DNA of 63,649 bases, filler included, from Octopus bimaculoides (GCF_001194135.2; 5 parts of 4 records of this genome joined end to end with filler, not necessarily neighbours in it); one strand, 5' to 3'. Positions 39,100 through 52,547 are shown, counted from the whole stretch's first letter. Made by a program: numbers and translations. The notes: generated by a model not told the origin, from the letters alone.

Positions 39100-39620
39100 A
39101 TAGTTCCATTATTTTAGCACCCTTGGGAGCTGAATAGTGCCCAATTACCAAATATGTTGGAGTATTGGAACTCAGTGTTATAACAGCAAAATCATGTTTT
39201 AGATAGATCATCAAATGATGTAACAAATGTAACAGTATTTTCCAACAACCTCAGTGTCTACCGAAATCTTCTCGACAGACAAATTAACTTTACGAATACG
39301 AATTGTATTCTTTGTTTCTAAACCACTCAACAACGCACACAGATGCCTCTGTAATACCCAGATCTTCGTGTAATTGCTTGCCGTTTACAATGATCATTGA
39401 ACCTGAAATTGGCATACTCTCGGATCTCTTTGCACTGAACACTTAAATAACTGTACCTCTAATTCGGAGAATCTTTTTAATGTTTGCCGCACGTCAACCT
39501 TTTCTTTCATCTGAATTAGCCATAAATTGCATTAACGTATCCTTTTGTAAGTTAATGTCAATAAATTGTTGAAGAACTTTCGTTAGATATATTCACACAA
39601 TAGCATTCTGATTTTCGCCT
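39100..39620 (-). mobile_element. Tigger/pogo (CENP-B HTH) transposase remnant
   Basis: Frame-shifted pieces DERKRLTCGKH, ELEVQLFK, RSESMPISGSMIIVNGKQLHEDLGITEASV..EWF and SVDTEVV follow the Tigger RKR..GK/LE..L..W/PISG.MI..KA..L..LG/WL..F pattern. Confidence 0.65.
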
Positions 39621-39846
39621 ATTTTCAAACGCGCAGTAATATTACAATTTCCTGCCGTTAAGCAAAAGTCGCATGTTTCCTTTTCATATATTTAAGTAGA
39701 TAAAAAGAGATACAAAACACTTAAGCTCTGGCCAGTGATCTTGTCCACTTGAATGCATTTACTGCATACACGCACACGGATACACACATTTGCATATATC
39801 CATACATGCAATATATATATGAGTTCGTGTGCATCTGTGTATATAT

Positions 39847-39881
<35 letters not shown>

Positions 39882-39981
39882 NNNNNNNNNNNNNNNNNNN
39901 NNNNNNNNNNNNNNNNNNNNNNNNNTTAATTAATTAANNNNNNNNNNNNNNNNNNNNNNNNNNNNNNNNNNNNNNNNNNNN
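39882..39981. other. Artificial scaffold spacer 44N-TTAATTAATTAA-44N
   Basis: 12-mer at 39926-39937. Confidence 0.95.
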
Positions 39982-40506
39982 TATATATATACATACTAGT
40001 ATTCAACGAAACGTCTAGTCAGCCATCTTTAAATTCCATTATCATTCCCATCATTCCTTCCTTCGTTTAGTCGTTCGCCCATGCATTCCTATATCCTTCA
40101 CACATCATTCTTTGCTCGTTATTAATTCAATTATTTAATCGCCCATTCGTTCATATTTTCATTTACTATATAATCCAATTATCGCTTAATCGTAAGGTTA
40201 CTTAGCTCATTCCCTCGTTTATTCATTCAATCGTGTTTCTTCTTTTTCTTGCATATATTTCTTCAAATTCATTTACGCATTCCTTCATTCGTACATTCAT
40301 TCGAATAAATATTTATTTATCCAGTTTTCGTTTGTTCGTTCGTTAATAATTCTTTCATTCCTAAATTCATACGTATTCATTTAGAGTCTTGCAAGGTAAT
40401 CAATTCTGAATCTATTCGTGTGAGAGAGTACACTCCACCCTCCACTCATGACCACCCAGTCACAATTTTTCGATTACATTATCATCACCATCATCATTAT
40501 CCTCCT

Positions 40507-40738
<232 letters not shown>

Positions 40739-40739
40739 T

Positions 40740-40948
40740 AAGGCGGCGATCTGGCAGAATCGTTAGCACGCCGGGAGAAATGTTAAGTAGCATTTTGTCC
40801 GTCTTTACGTTCTGAGTTCAAATTCTTTCAACCTCTCGTGGTAGATAAAATAAGCACCAGTTCAGCACTGGGGTCGATGTAATCGGCTAGTCCCACTCCC
40901 CCAACAATTTCAGGCCTATAGTAGAAAGGATTATTATTATTGTTATTG

Positions 40949-40988
<40 letters not shown>

Positions 40989-41150
40989 CATTAAGGCAGC
41001 AAGCTGGCAGAATCGTTAGCACGCCAGGCAAAATACTTAACATTTCGTCCTTACGTTCTGAGTTCTAATTCCGTCCTAGTTGAGTATTGTGATAGATATC
41101 ATCAGCTTACCCCTCTTCCAAAATTGCTGGCCTTGTACCAAAATTCGAAA
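40740..41150 (+). mobile_element. Two SINE family A copies (tail B, tail C) separated by (ATT)n
   Basis: Heads at 40740 and 40992, both internally deleted. Confidence 0.85.
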
Positions 41151-41409
41151 CTATCATCTTCATCATCATCATTATTATTATTATTATTGATATACACTCA
41201 ACAGATTAGACAGATGGAAAAGAAAAGAATCCTAACATCGGGTTACAGCAAGCTGCCTTAGATGCCAAGAACCCTCCAATTGGATTACAGCAAGTAACCT
41301 TAGATGCAAAGAATTTTCCTAAGTATCCTAGCTGTCCCTAATAACACCGTTTTCTACAGCTATAATGTTGTATTGGTAAAGTTTAGCATGTGTTAGTAGT
41401 TCTTTTGAA

Positions 41410-41900
41410 GTGATAGGTAAATGTACCGGAGTCATCCGTTGTTTCAAAACGCAACGTCTTCGCTCAGTTATCGCTAACTTCTGTTGTACGATACATTAAA
41501 TCTTAAAGACGTGGTAGAGAAATGTACTGGAGATATCGACTTGTTCCAAAACTCAACATTTTCGCTCAGTTATCGATAACTTCCGCTTTACGATATATTA
41601 GCTCTTACAGACGTGATAGAGAATTGTACTGGAGATATCGATTTGTTTCAAAACTCAAAGTCTTGGCTCAGTTATCGCTAACTTCTATTGTACGATACAT
41701 TAAATCTTACAGACGTGATAGAGAAATGTACTGGAGATATCGACTTGTTCCAAAACTCAACATTTTCGCTCAGTTATCGATAACTTCCGCTTTACGATAT
41801 ATTAGCTCTTACAGACGTGATAGAGAAATGTACTGGAGATATCGATTTGTTCCAAAACTCAACATTTTCGCTCAGTTATCGATAACATCTGCTGTAAGAT
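41410..41900. repeat. 102-bp minisatellite, about 5 units, alternating B-A-B-A-(b/a)
   Basis: Units start at 41410, 41511, 41613, 41715 and 41817; units 1 and 3 are nearly identical. Confidence 0.95.
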
Positions 41901-41927
41901 AAATGGAATGACAAGATTTCTGTGGTT

Positions 41928-42056
41928 TAAAGGCTGGGAGCTGGCAGAATCGTTAGCACGCCGGACGAAACGCTTAGCGGCATTTAATCCGTCTTTACGT
42001 TCTGAGTTCAGATTCCGCCGATGCCGACTTTGCCTTTCATCCTTTCAGGGTCGATA
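41928..42056 (+). mobile_element. SINE family A, cut by a gap
   Basis: Head and central domain. Confidence 0.85.
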
Positions 42057-42172
42057 NNNNNNNNNNNNNNNNNNNNNNNNNNNNNNNNNNNNNNNNNNNN
42101 NNNNNNNNNNNNNNNNNNNNNNNNNNNNNNNNNNNNNNNNNNNNNNNNNNNNNNNNNNNNNNNNNNNNNNNN

Positions 42173-42346
42173 TCTCTGTCTCTTCTCTCTCTCTTTCCCT
42201 CTCCCTCTCTCTTCCTCTTTCCCTCCCTCTCCCTCTCTCTTCCTCTTTCCCTCCCTATCTCTCTCCCTCTCCCTCTCTCTTACTCTCTCCCCTCCCTCTC
42301 TCTCTCTCTTCCTGTCTCCCTCCCTCTCTCTCTTTCTCTTTTCCCC

Positions 42347-42396
<50 letters not shown>

Positions 42397-43580
42397 TCTC
42401 TCCCTTTCTCTCTCTACTTGTATTGTACAGGTTCAGCTGCAAGATGAATGGAACATTTCCTTTCTGCTCTGACAAACCTCGTCAATCTCTGCCGCTGCTA
42501 CTACTACTACTACTACAACAACTACCACTACTACTACTGAGGATGATGTCTACAGTTGAGGATGATGACAACAACAATGATAATGACGACGACAAAAACG
42601 ATGATGACGAGGAGGAAGAGGATGTTGTTGCCAGCTTAATGAAACAAAAGCTCAGTTCCATTCCTTCCCAATAAAACAAACCCCTATTCTTCTTCTTCTT
42701 CTCCTCCTCCTCCTCCTTCTTCTTCTTCTTCTTCTTTTTCTTCTTCGTCTTTCTTCTTCTTCTTTTTCTTCTTCTTCTTCTTCTTCTTCGTCTTTCTTCT
42801 CCTTCTTCTTCGTCTTCTTCTTCTTCTTCTTCTTCTTCTTCTTCTTCTTCTTCTTCTTCTTCTTCTTCTTCTTCTTCTTCTCCGTTTCTCTTCTTTTCGA
42901 CTTAGTGCTGCTGTCAATCACAGTTTAGCGAAGCAGATGCTTCGATGATGTACCAAAATTATTCACTCGCCATCTTCATCTCTCTGCTACGTCCTCCCTC
43001 TCCTTCTCTTTCTTCTTCTCCTACTTTCCTTCTTTTTTTTTCTTTTTTTCTTCTCCGTTTTTTTCTTTCCTTCTTTTTTCTTTTCCTCATCGTTCTTCTC
43101 CTAGTTCTTGTTTTTCTTCTTTCTCCTCCTCATCCTTCCTCTTCTTCGTCTTCTTCTTCTCCTTCTTCTCTTTCTTCTCTTCATTCTACTCCCCTCTTTC
43201 TTCTTCTCCTCATCCTCCTCCTTCTTCCCCTCCTCTTTCTTCTTCTTCTTCTTCTTCTCTCCCACTCCTCCTTTATCTATTCCTCCTCCTTCATCTCCTC
43301 ATCCTTCTCTCTCTTCTTTTTCTTCTCCTTGTCCTCGTTCTTCTTCTCCTCCTTCTCTTTCTTCTCATTTTACTCCCCTCTTTCTTCTTCTCCTCATCCT
43401 CCTCCTTCTTCCCCTCCTCTTTCTTCTTCTTCTCCTCCTCCACCCCTCCTTTATCTATTCCCCCTCCTTCATCTCCTCATCCTTCTCTTTCTTCTCCTCA
43501 TTCTACTCCCCTCTTTCTTCTTCTTCTCCTCATCCTCTTCCTTCTTCCCCTCCTCTTTCTCCTTTTTTATTCCTTCTTGT
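42173..43580. repeat. Polypyrimidine/polypurine low-complexity region: (CT)n, (CTT)n and internal direct repeats
   Basis: Almost exclusively C/T on the + strand in 42173-42415 and 42685-43580. Confidence 0.9.
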
Positions 43581-44107
43581 TCTCTTGCTGCAACCGATAA
43601 GTTTGATGTACGAGATTAGATTAATCTTAAAACGCCAGTGACCAACTTGACGATATTTCAGTCAAAATGGCCGACGCCTCTCTCACTTAACCATTGGCGG
43701 CTCATCTTTCGTTTTGAATTGAGCTAAAGAAATTCTGAGAAAAGCCATACAGTCAAATGCATGTTGACAAGAACTGCTACTTCTGAATTCTACATCTGTT
43801 ATATTGATCTATGATGCCGGAGAAGCAATCCTTTTGTCTTTGCAATCGACCAATACTCATCAATATTTAGCATAACTTTCAAAACTACTCTTCTTTCTCT
43901 CACTCTCTCTCTCTCTCTTTCTCTATCCATCTATCTATCTATCTATATAATTATCTATCTACCTTTATCTTTCTATATATCTCTATCTTTCTCCTATACA
44001 TATAAACAGTGTATGCGAGTGCATGTGTGTGTGAATGTGTGAGTATGTGTATGCGTACGTGTTTTTGTGTGAATGTGTATGTATGTATATGTATACATAT
44101 ATACATA

Positions 44108-44116
44108 TAGACAGAC

Positions 44117-44177
<61 letters not shown>

Positions 44178-44248
44178 CAAAGACAGTCAAACACGTAGAT
44201 AGTCAGAAAGATAGACACATAAATAGAGAGATAGATAGGTAGACAGAC

Positions 44249-44295
<47 letters not shown>

Positions 44296-44297
44296 CA

Positions 44298-44330
<33 letters not shown>

Positions 44331-44430
44331 ATGCATGGATATATGGATGGATGGATGGATGGATGGATGGATGGATGGATGGATGGATAGATAGAAAGAT
44401 AGAGAGAGAGAGGTGGATAGATAGATAGAA
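44108..44430. repeat. Compound tetranucleotide microsatellites (GATA)n, (GGCA)n, (GGAT)n
   Basis: Direct reading. Confidence 0.95.
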
Positions 44431-45899
44431 AAAAGAATATATGAAAGTGCACAGAATTTTTTTATTGGAAAAAAGTATATTTCTGAAATAAAATATTTAC
44501 ATACTTGACCAGTTTCGCTTATGCTATTCATGACAAAGTAGTTAGTGGTAATGTTATAATTTCCTGCTATCATAAGTTGTTCCATGCTGGTAAGATAGCA
44601 TTTGATCTATTTACATAGGGTATTTGAGAGAAAAAGCAAGAAAAGGCGAGAATGAAACAGATATACAATGTGGAAGGTTGAAAAACCGGAAAACGAAAGA
44701 CCTTCCGCCTTTTATATCTACTTCTCTCTAACTTTTCTCGCTTTTTCTATTATCCTATCGTCCCATTTTTAGTGTGTTATGCCATGTGAGCAATGCCTGA
44801 TGATTGTGCTGAGACACCAGACGTGTTAGAAATACTGTCTGGCACGCTCTAATCACATGAAACTAATAATAGCAATTAAGGCATTTGTTGTGTTTATTAA
44901 ATAATAAATGTATATATACATATATATGCATATATATATATACATATATTTACATATATGTATACACACACATATATATACATACACATGCATGCATATA
45001 TACACATACCGTTATATAAGTATATTTATATGAAGTAATATTTATTGCTCTTAAACATGGATGTCCCGTAGGAACCGACGTTACAGCTATTTTCTAACTA
45101 GGTATATTTATATGTATATATATAATATATGCATAAACAGATACATATGTAAATATATATGCTAGGTATTTATATATATATATATATATATNNNNNNNNN
45201 NNNNNNNNNNNNNNNNNNNNNNNNNNNNNNNNNNNNNNNNNNNNNNNNNNNNNNNNNNNNNNNNNNNNNNNNNNNNNNNNNNNNNNNNNNNNNNNNNNNN
45301 NNNNNNNNNNNNNNNNNNNNNNNNNNNNNNNNNNNNNNNNNNNNNNNNNNNNNNNNNNNNNNNNNNNNNNNNNNNNNNNNNNNNNNNNNNNNNNNNNNNN
45401 NNNNNNNNNNNNNNNNNNNNNNNNNNNNNNNNNNNNNNNNNNNNNNNNNNNNNNNNNNNNNNNNNNNNNNNNNNNNNNNNNNNNNNNNNNNNNNNNNNNN
45501 NNNNNNNNNNNNNNNNNNNNNNNNNNNNNNNNNNNNNNNNNNNNNNNNNNNNNNNNNNNNNNNNNNNNNNNNNNNNNNNNNNNNNNNNNNNNNNNNNNNN
45601 NNNNNNNNNNNNNNNNNNNNNNNNNNNNNNNNNNNNNNNNNNNNNNNNNNNNNNNNNNNNNNNNNNNNNNNNNNNNNNNNNNNNNNNNNNNNNNNNNNNN
45701 NNNNNNNNNNNNNNNNNNNNNNNNNNNNNNNNNNNNNNNNNNNNNNNGTGTGTGTGTGTGTGTGTGGTGGGGGTGTAATCAGAGCCTGCTCGATACCATT
45801 TAGTGTCAGCTCTCTTGTTCCCCAGCAAATCTATTAGAAGCCATAAACAGAATCACGCAGCTCACAGTCACGCTAGCAGATTTGATGCAAAAAAAAAAG

Positions 45900-46427
45900 G
45901 AAAAAGAAAAAAGCAACAACAATAACAACAACAAAGACGACGACGACAACAACAACAACAACAACAACAATAAGAAAAAGTAACAACAAAAACAACGAGG
46001 ACTTTCATACGGACAGAAGCACACACACACACACACACACATACATACGCGCAGAGACACACACAGACACGCACGCACAAACGTACAACGCACGAACGTA
46101 CAAATATATAAAAGTACATACATAGACACACACACACGCACGCTTACACACACACACACACACAGACACACACGCACGCACACACACATGCACACGAACA
46201 CACACGCCGCATGAACATACAAATATACAGAAATACATATATAGACACGCACACACGCGCACACACATACACACACACTCACATACACACACACACTCAC
46301 ACACACGCACATATATATATATAGAGAGAGAGAGAGAAAGAGAGAGGGAAAGAGAAAGAAAAAGAGAAAAAGATAGAGAGATAGAGATGGGGAGAGAGAG
46401 TGAGAGTATCACAAATTGATATATATG

Positions 46428-46481
<54 letters not shown>

Positions 46482-46557
46482 TATATACATATGTATATAT
46501 ATATATACATGTACATATATATATATATATGTATATATGTATATATATATATATATG

Positions 46558-46609
<52 letters not shown>

Positions 46610-46906
46610 CTCCTACATACACACATACAGATATACCCTCATATATACACATAAATATATATAGCAAGCCATTATACACTTTGACTAATTGATACACGCT
46701 ATCATACTCATATATACACACACATACACAGACATGTGTCTATGTATGTATGTATGTATGTATATGTGTGTGTGTGTGTGTATGTATGCATACATGTATG
46801 TATACACCCACGCATACACACACAAGCACTCAGTCACAGAGGCACGAAGATGTATACAATTACATCCCTTGTTCTTTTACCTCATCCGCATCTTCTTGTG
46901 TGTGTA

Positions 46907-46951
<45 letters not shown>

Positions 46952-47370
46952 GTGTGTCTGTCTGTGTGCGTGAGTGTGCATGTGTGTGTTGGTGGTTGCG
47001 TGAATGTGTGAATGCATTTATGTATACACATACACACATCCACGCACTCACACATATACATATATATATGTATGTAATAATATATATATATATATATATA
47101 AATTTTCACACACAGACACACACACACACACACAAACGCGCGCGCACACACACATGCACGCACATATGCAAAGAAATACACACTCACATACGTTAGACAC
47201 GTGCATGCATCCATACACGCACACACAAACACACACGCACGCACAAACACACACAAGCACACACACACACACAAACACACACGCACACACAAACACACAC
47301 GCACACGCGCGCGCGCGCGCACACACACATAAACACACATATACACACATATAAACACACATACACATAG
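45900..47370. repeat. Extended (CA)/(TA)/(GA)/(CAA) microsatellite-rich block
   Basis: Direct reading; source of many spurious ORFs. Confidence 0.9.
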
Positions 47371-47507
47371 ATCACAAGACAAAACTATTTCGTTCGTGTA
47401 TTCTTATATTGTTTGTTGGTTGTTGTTTGTTTTGTTTTTTTATTATATTTTTCCTGATATAAAAAAAAATAGAAAAGGTATCATGTCGTGACTGATAGTG
47501 GATGGCT

Positions 47508-47509
<2 letters not shown>

Positions 47510-47543
<34 letters not shown>

Positions 47544-47551
47544 TGATGATG

Positions 47552-47588
<37 letters not shown>

Positions 47589-47755
47589 GAATGATGATGA
47601 TGAAGAAGAAGAAGAAGAAGAAGAAGAAGAAGAAGAAGACGTTCACTTCACATCTACCTGGTTCCTGGTTCGATACTACAACGAATGGTATAAACACCGG
47701 GAAGAAAAGAACAACATCAACAACAACAACAACAACAACGACAATAATAATAATG

Positions 47756-47805
<50 letters not shown>
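47510..47805. repeat. (TAG)n-(GAT)n-(GAA)n and (CAA)n-(TAA)n tracts around a 70-bp unique island
   Basis: Direct reading. Confidence 0.9.
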
Positions 47806-47806
<1 letters not shown>

Positions 47807-47949
47807 TTTTCCTTATTGGCTACAAGGTCCGAGCACAAAACAAATAGGAACAGTGCAAAACAAGGGACAAGTGGGGCTTGGAATAACGCTGAGTGTGCAA
47901 TAAATAACGGTATCAATTAACAATACAATTAAGCAGTAAAAATTCCCTC

Positions 47950-48460
47950 AATAGGGGCGAGTTCCTTACAGCGACAACAGAGGAACCCCACACATTCCGG
48001 TTACTCCGACTGCCATGTGCACCTCAGCAGACGCCTCTCTCCTTCTAAACTCCTCCGTTTTACCAGCGAATGTCCAGAGTAGGCCCATTCACACAGGCCA
48101 TCCTCGCGACATTCACGCACCTTTTGAACGAAAATACTGGTGTGAGGGCACAACTTACTTTCTTTTTCCCCCAATTCTTGTCCACCTGGAGGTCCGGACC
48201 AAACCAGACCCCGAGCAATTTAACCGGTACTTCCACCCAGCTCCCTACCGGTTGGCATGGACCTGCCTCTCCAGGTGCCAAGCTGCAGGTCCACCGACTT
48301 GTCCTGGTTAATCTTTGCTCCTGTCACCGATCACCTCGATTTCCGAGTTGTCCGACACTATTACAGTGACGTAGTCCTCATAAGCCAACACGAACCTTCC
48401 GCATCTTAGACACGCGGGATCCCTCTCGAAATATCCAACTTCCTTAGTAATGACTCGAGA
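47950..48460 (-). mobile_element. Tx1/L1-clade LINE RT C-terminal fragment
   Basis: LAYEDYVTVIVSD (degenerate YADD), VTGAKINQDKSVDLQLGTWRG and PVKLLGVWFGPDLQVDKNW across frameshifts. Confidence 0.8.
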
Positions 48461-48489
48461 GCTACGAGGCAGGGTATAAATCGAATACA

Positions 48490-48646
48490 CCGACCACTGC
48501 TCAACTGATACTTATTTTATCGACCCCCAAATGGATGAAAGGCAAAATCGACCTCGGTGGAATTTGAACTCATAGCGTAAGAACGGACGAAACGCCGCTA
48601 AGCATTTTACCCGGCCTGCTAAAGATTCTGCCAGCTCGTCGCCTTA
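48490..48646 (-). mobile_element. SINE family A, head plus central domain
   Basis: Consensus match. Confidence 0.85.
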
Positions 48647-49372
48647 GAACATAGAAAAATTAAAAATGTAAATTAGCTAAACGGAAACATTTTGAAAGAA
48701 TGCGTGAGGAAGGGTTGCAGAGTACATTGAAAGTATATGCGATTGTATCAATAATTTGAATAAATGAATTGAAAAAGCGAAATAGTTAGTTCATATAGCT
48801 CGATATTATTGATCAATATCCCTATACAAGCAAAATGTCTTCTCCACGCTTAAGACTACACTTTCATCACCGTGTGAGCCTCGATGTGAATTCAACACTA
48901 TTTATTATGCATGCTAGAAAATCCCGTTTTTATTCTTTCCATTTGTTTTGTCATCAGACTGCAGTCATGGCAAAGGCAATGCTTTGAAGAAGTTAGTGTC
49001 GGCGATATCAGTCGTAGTATTTACTGTATATCTGGTACTTATTCTATCCTCCCTTCTTCCTCTCTTTCTCTCTCCCTCTCTTTCTCTCTTTCTCTCTTTC
49101 TCTTGCTTCTCGCTCTCTCGCGATCGCGATCCCGATCGCGCGCTTCTCTCTGTCTCTCTCTCTCTCACTTTCTCTTACTTTTCTCTCTCTCTTTTCCTTT
49201 TCTCTCTTTCTCTTGCTTTCTCTCTCTCTCTCTCTCAAGCAAATCGTTTAATCACTCTCCGTGCTTTAGCTGCGTTACTACAGCAACAGTCCGGATACTT
49301 ATTGATCAGACCACACCTTCTTGTTGTTCATACACCTGTCTTCATCTTTTGTTTTTCTGTAAATTTCACCTG

Positions 49373-49403
<31 letters not shown>

Positions 49404-50145
49404 ACCGAGTTTCCACGGACCTTCTGTCTACCAAATTCATCTACAGAGCATCGATCGGCCTGGGGGTTATAATAAGAAACACTTGCCTAAGGGGTTGGGC
49501 CGCTGGACTGAACCTGAAGCCTCTAGATTGCAAAGCGAGATTCTAAAACCACAGTCATGACTTTATCTATACTATATGCCTGAAAAAAAAACAAAAAAGA
49601 AATTGTCAGGATGTTCATGACTGGAACGATTTAGATTATAAGACTACTCAACCACGATTGACACGATCGAGATAATCGCCAATCAACGACCACTAAGTTC
49701 CATCTTGTTGTGGTTGCGGTGTTCTTGCACCACAAACGCAACACGATGGCATACGATATGTCGAGTCAAAACACACGTACACACACACACACATGTCAAT
49801 AACAAAAAAAAAATAATAACAAATGTGAGGGTAGAAGTAAATGCAACAACAATAATAACAACAATAACAATTTTATCCGGCAGCTATACCGGCGCCGATA
49901 CCGGAACCGGATGTGCGACCATTTTTTCCTGATCAGAGTTTATAATTTATAAATTAGATGAAGATACGATGCGTTTGTAATTTCTCCATTTGTGTTTTAT
50001 TTTGATTGATTCTATAAACAAAGCAGAAGTGCTTTTTTTGTTTGTTTGGGGTTGGTTTTTTTTTTTGTGAGATGTATATACATATATAATATATACAAAC
50101 ATATACACACTCGCTCACACAGTATGTATACTCACGTGTGTGTGT

Positions 50146-50216
<71 letters not shown>

Positions 50217-51700
50217 TACATATATATATATATGTATATCTATATGTATATATATATATGTATATATATTATATAATAGCATATATTATATATAAGATAT
50301 ATATATATCATATATATATTATATACCTCTTATTTATATATGTATATTATACGTCTTATATATAAATATATGCATGTATATTATATATATATCTTATATA
50401 TGTATGTGTGTGTGTATGTATATATATATATATATNNNNNNNNNNNNNNNNNNNNNNNNNNNNNNNNNNNNNNNNNNNNNNNNNNNNNNNNNNNNNNNNN
50501 NNNNNNNNNNNNNNNNNNNNNNNNNNNNNNNNNNNNNNNNNNNNNNNNNNNNNNNNNNNNNNNNNNNNNNNNNNNNNNNNNNNNNNNNNNNNNNNNNNNN
50601 NNNNNNNNNNNNNNNNNNNNNNNNNNNNNNNNNNNNNNNNNNNNNNNNNNNNNNNNNNNNNNNNNNATACACACGCACACACACAAATGTGTGCGTGCGT
50701 GCATGTAGGTTTATTTTTGCATCAGTGGTAATTAGGCATACGTATCTCAGTGCGTACATCCTAATTCATTTAATTGAGGTCTTTATTTACTGACAATGCT
50801 CTTTAAGTAATTAGAAATTAATTGGAGCTATGAGCACTGTCTATGAAATAATTAGACGAAAACAATGAATTTGGAATGTTTTCTAATAAAGTAAATGTGC
50901 GTGTAGACATTACAGTAACTTTCCGGGACATCAAATCGTTTCTTTCAACACTCACTTTTGCAGCAGTGAAGGACACAGTTCTCGTAAAGCCTTTATATAA
51001 ATAGCAATTGATTAGAATGAGTTAGATGCAGAACGACCGAAACCTACGAAGAGGACTGAGGGCGTTTAAATTCAACCTCAAAAACAAATCTTGCCTTATT
51101 TAGATCGTTAAAATATGCGTGGAGTGATTTACTTCCGAAAGAATTAAGTTAAAGAATTTTAAATGCGATAGCTGTGTGGTTAGAGAAGCTCGCTTTGCAA
51201 TCACATGGTTTTACATACATACAGGCAAGACGTGCTTCTTTCAGTTTCTGTCGGTCAAATCCTCTCACGAGATTTTATTGGGCCCGGAATTATAATAGAA
51301 GAGATTTGCCCCCATGTGGGATTGAACCCAGAACCATGAGACTGGAAAGCAAATTTCTAACCGCACAGACACTCCTGCATCTGTTGTCGACATTTTTCTC
51401 GCCGTTGAGAGTAGTAAAACAAGCAGCAAAATTCAAATGGAAGTTCAAAATCTCTGTAATATAAATAAAAATTATGCATAAACTGATCTCTTTAAAGTTG
51501 TTCTAATAAATTAAGATTATAAATATATTTAAAACTATTATTGCAATACAATATAATATCGATTTAAATATATATTTTCCTTTTTATCTCTTTAATAGAG
51601 TTAACAAATCTGCGTAGAAAAACAAAACACACAAATACACATGAAGGAAAATTAAATATATTCCTGTGATCGTGACTAATTAGCTAATTTATTGAAAATG

Positions 51701-51731
<31 letters not shown>

Positions 51732-52547
51732 GTCAGCTTGTCTATTTATCTGTCACTAACACGACAATACCTATATTTTTGTTAAAGGGGAAAAACACAT
51801 TTGAAAATGATGCTATGAAACCTTCAAGGATTAAAGACTATCTCGTAAAAATGCATTGAGATAAGAAAAATAAAAGATCTTCAATGTTTTAAGACACTAA
51901 GAGACGTTTTGTAAAAATATCGAAACTTAGTTTAATTCCTCGTGACCGTATTTAAGAAAAAAACAAAGGTCTTTTTTTTATGCCACAAGTTTCATACCAT
52001 AAGTTTCATGCCATAAGTTATGTTTTGTGCCATAAGTTAGGTTAAGTCGTTCACTCCGTTCGGAGTGAAAGCATAACTTATCGACGACTTTTCTCTACTA
52101 TTCATGACTATGCTGTCATTCCTGTTTCTCTCCAATTGGGTCCTGTGAAATAGGCTCCAATTTCAATCAAATAAATCGACTGAAATTAGGGTTTATTTTT
52201 TTCCATTAATTTCTCTTAGAAATGGCGTAAAGCAGAGGTATCACTGTATATGAAAAAAAAAAGAATCAAATACTGAGATTAACAAGAGAAATTGATTGAA
52301 ATGAACGAGACTCTCGAGGCAAAGGCAATGTTCAAATACTAAAATTTAGTTATTTCTGGGACAATGAAAACACTGCAACGAAATATCTAAAATTTAGTAC
52401 AGTCTCTACTTACGCTTGCAAGATCCTATATAACTGAAACTGGATTTAGCCACATACATGAGTTATTAAATAATCAAAGGAACAGACTTCACATCGAGGA
52501 ATGTGGTGACCTAAGATGCAAACCCACGAATTTCTAACGTAATACTC

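Noticed and set aside
41410-41900. CRISPR-like array (periodic repeat with a palindrome)
   Set aside because: No unique spacers; whole units repeat; eukaryotic context with no cas genes.
42482-43641. Poly-K/R/E and S/L/F/P-rich ORFs
   Set aside because: Translations of (CTT)n and CT-rich tracts; no splice or domain evidence.
45806-47382. Many Cys/Val-, His/Thr- and Tyr/Ile-rich ORFs
   Set aside because: Translations of dinucleotide microsatellites.
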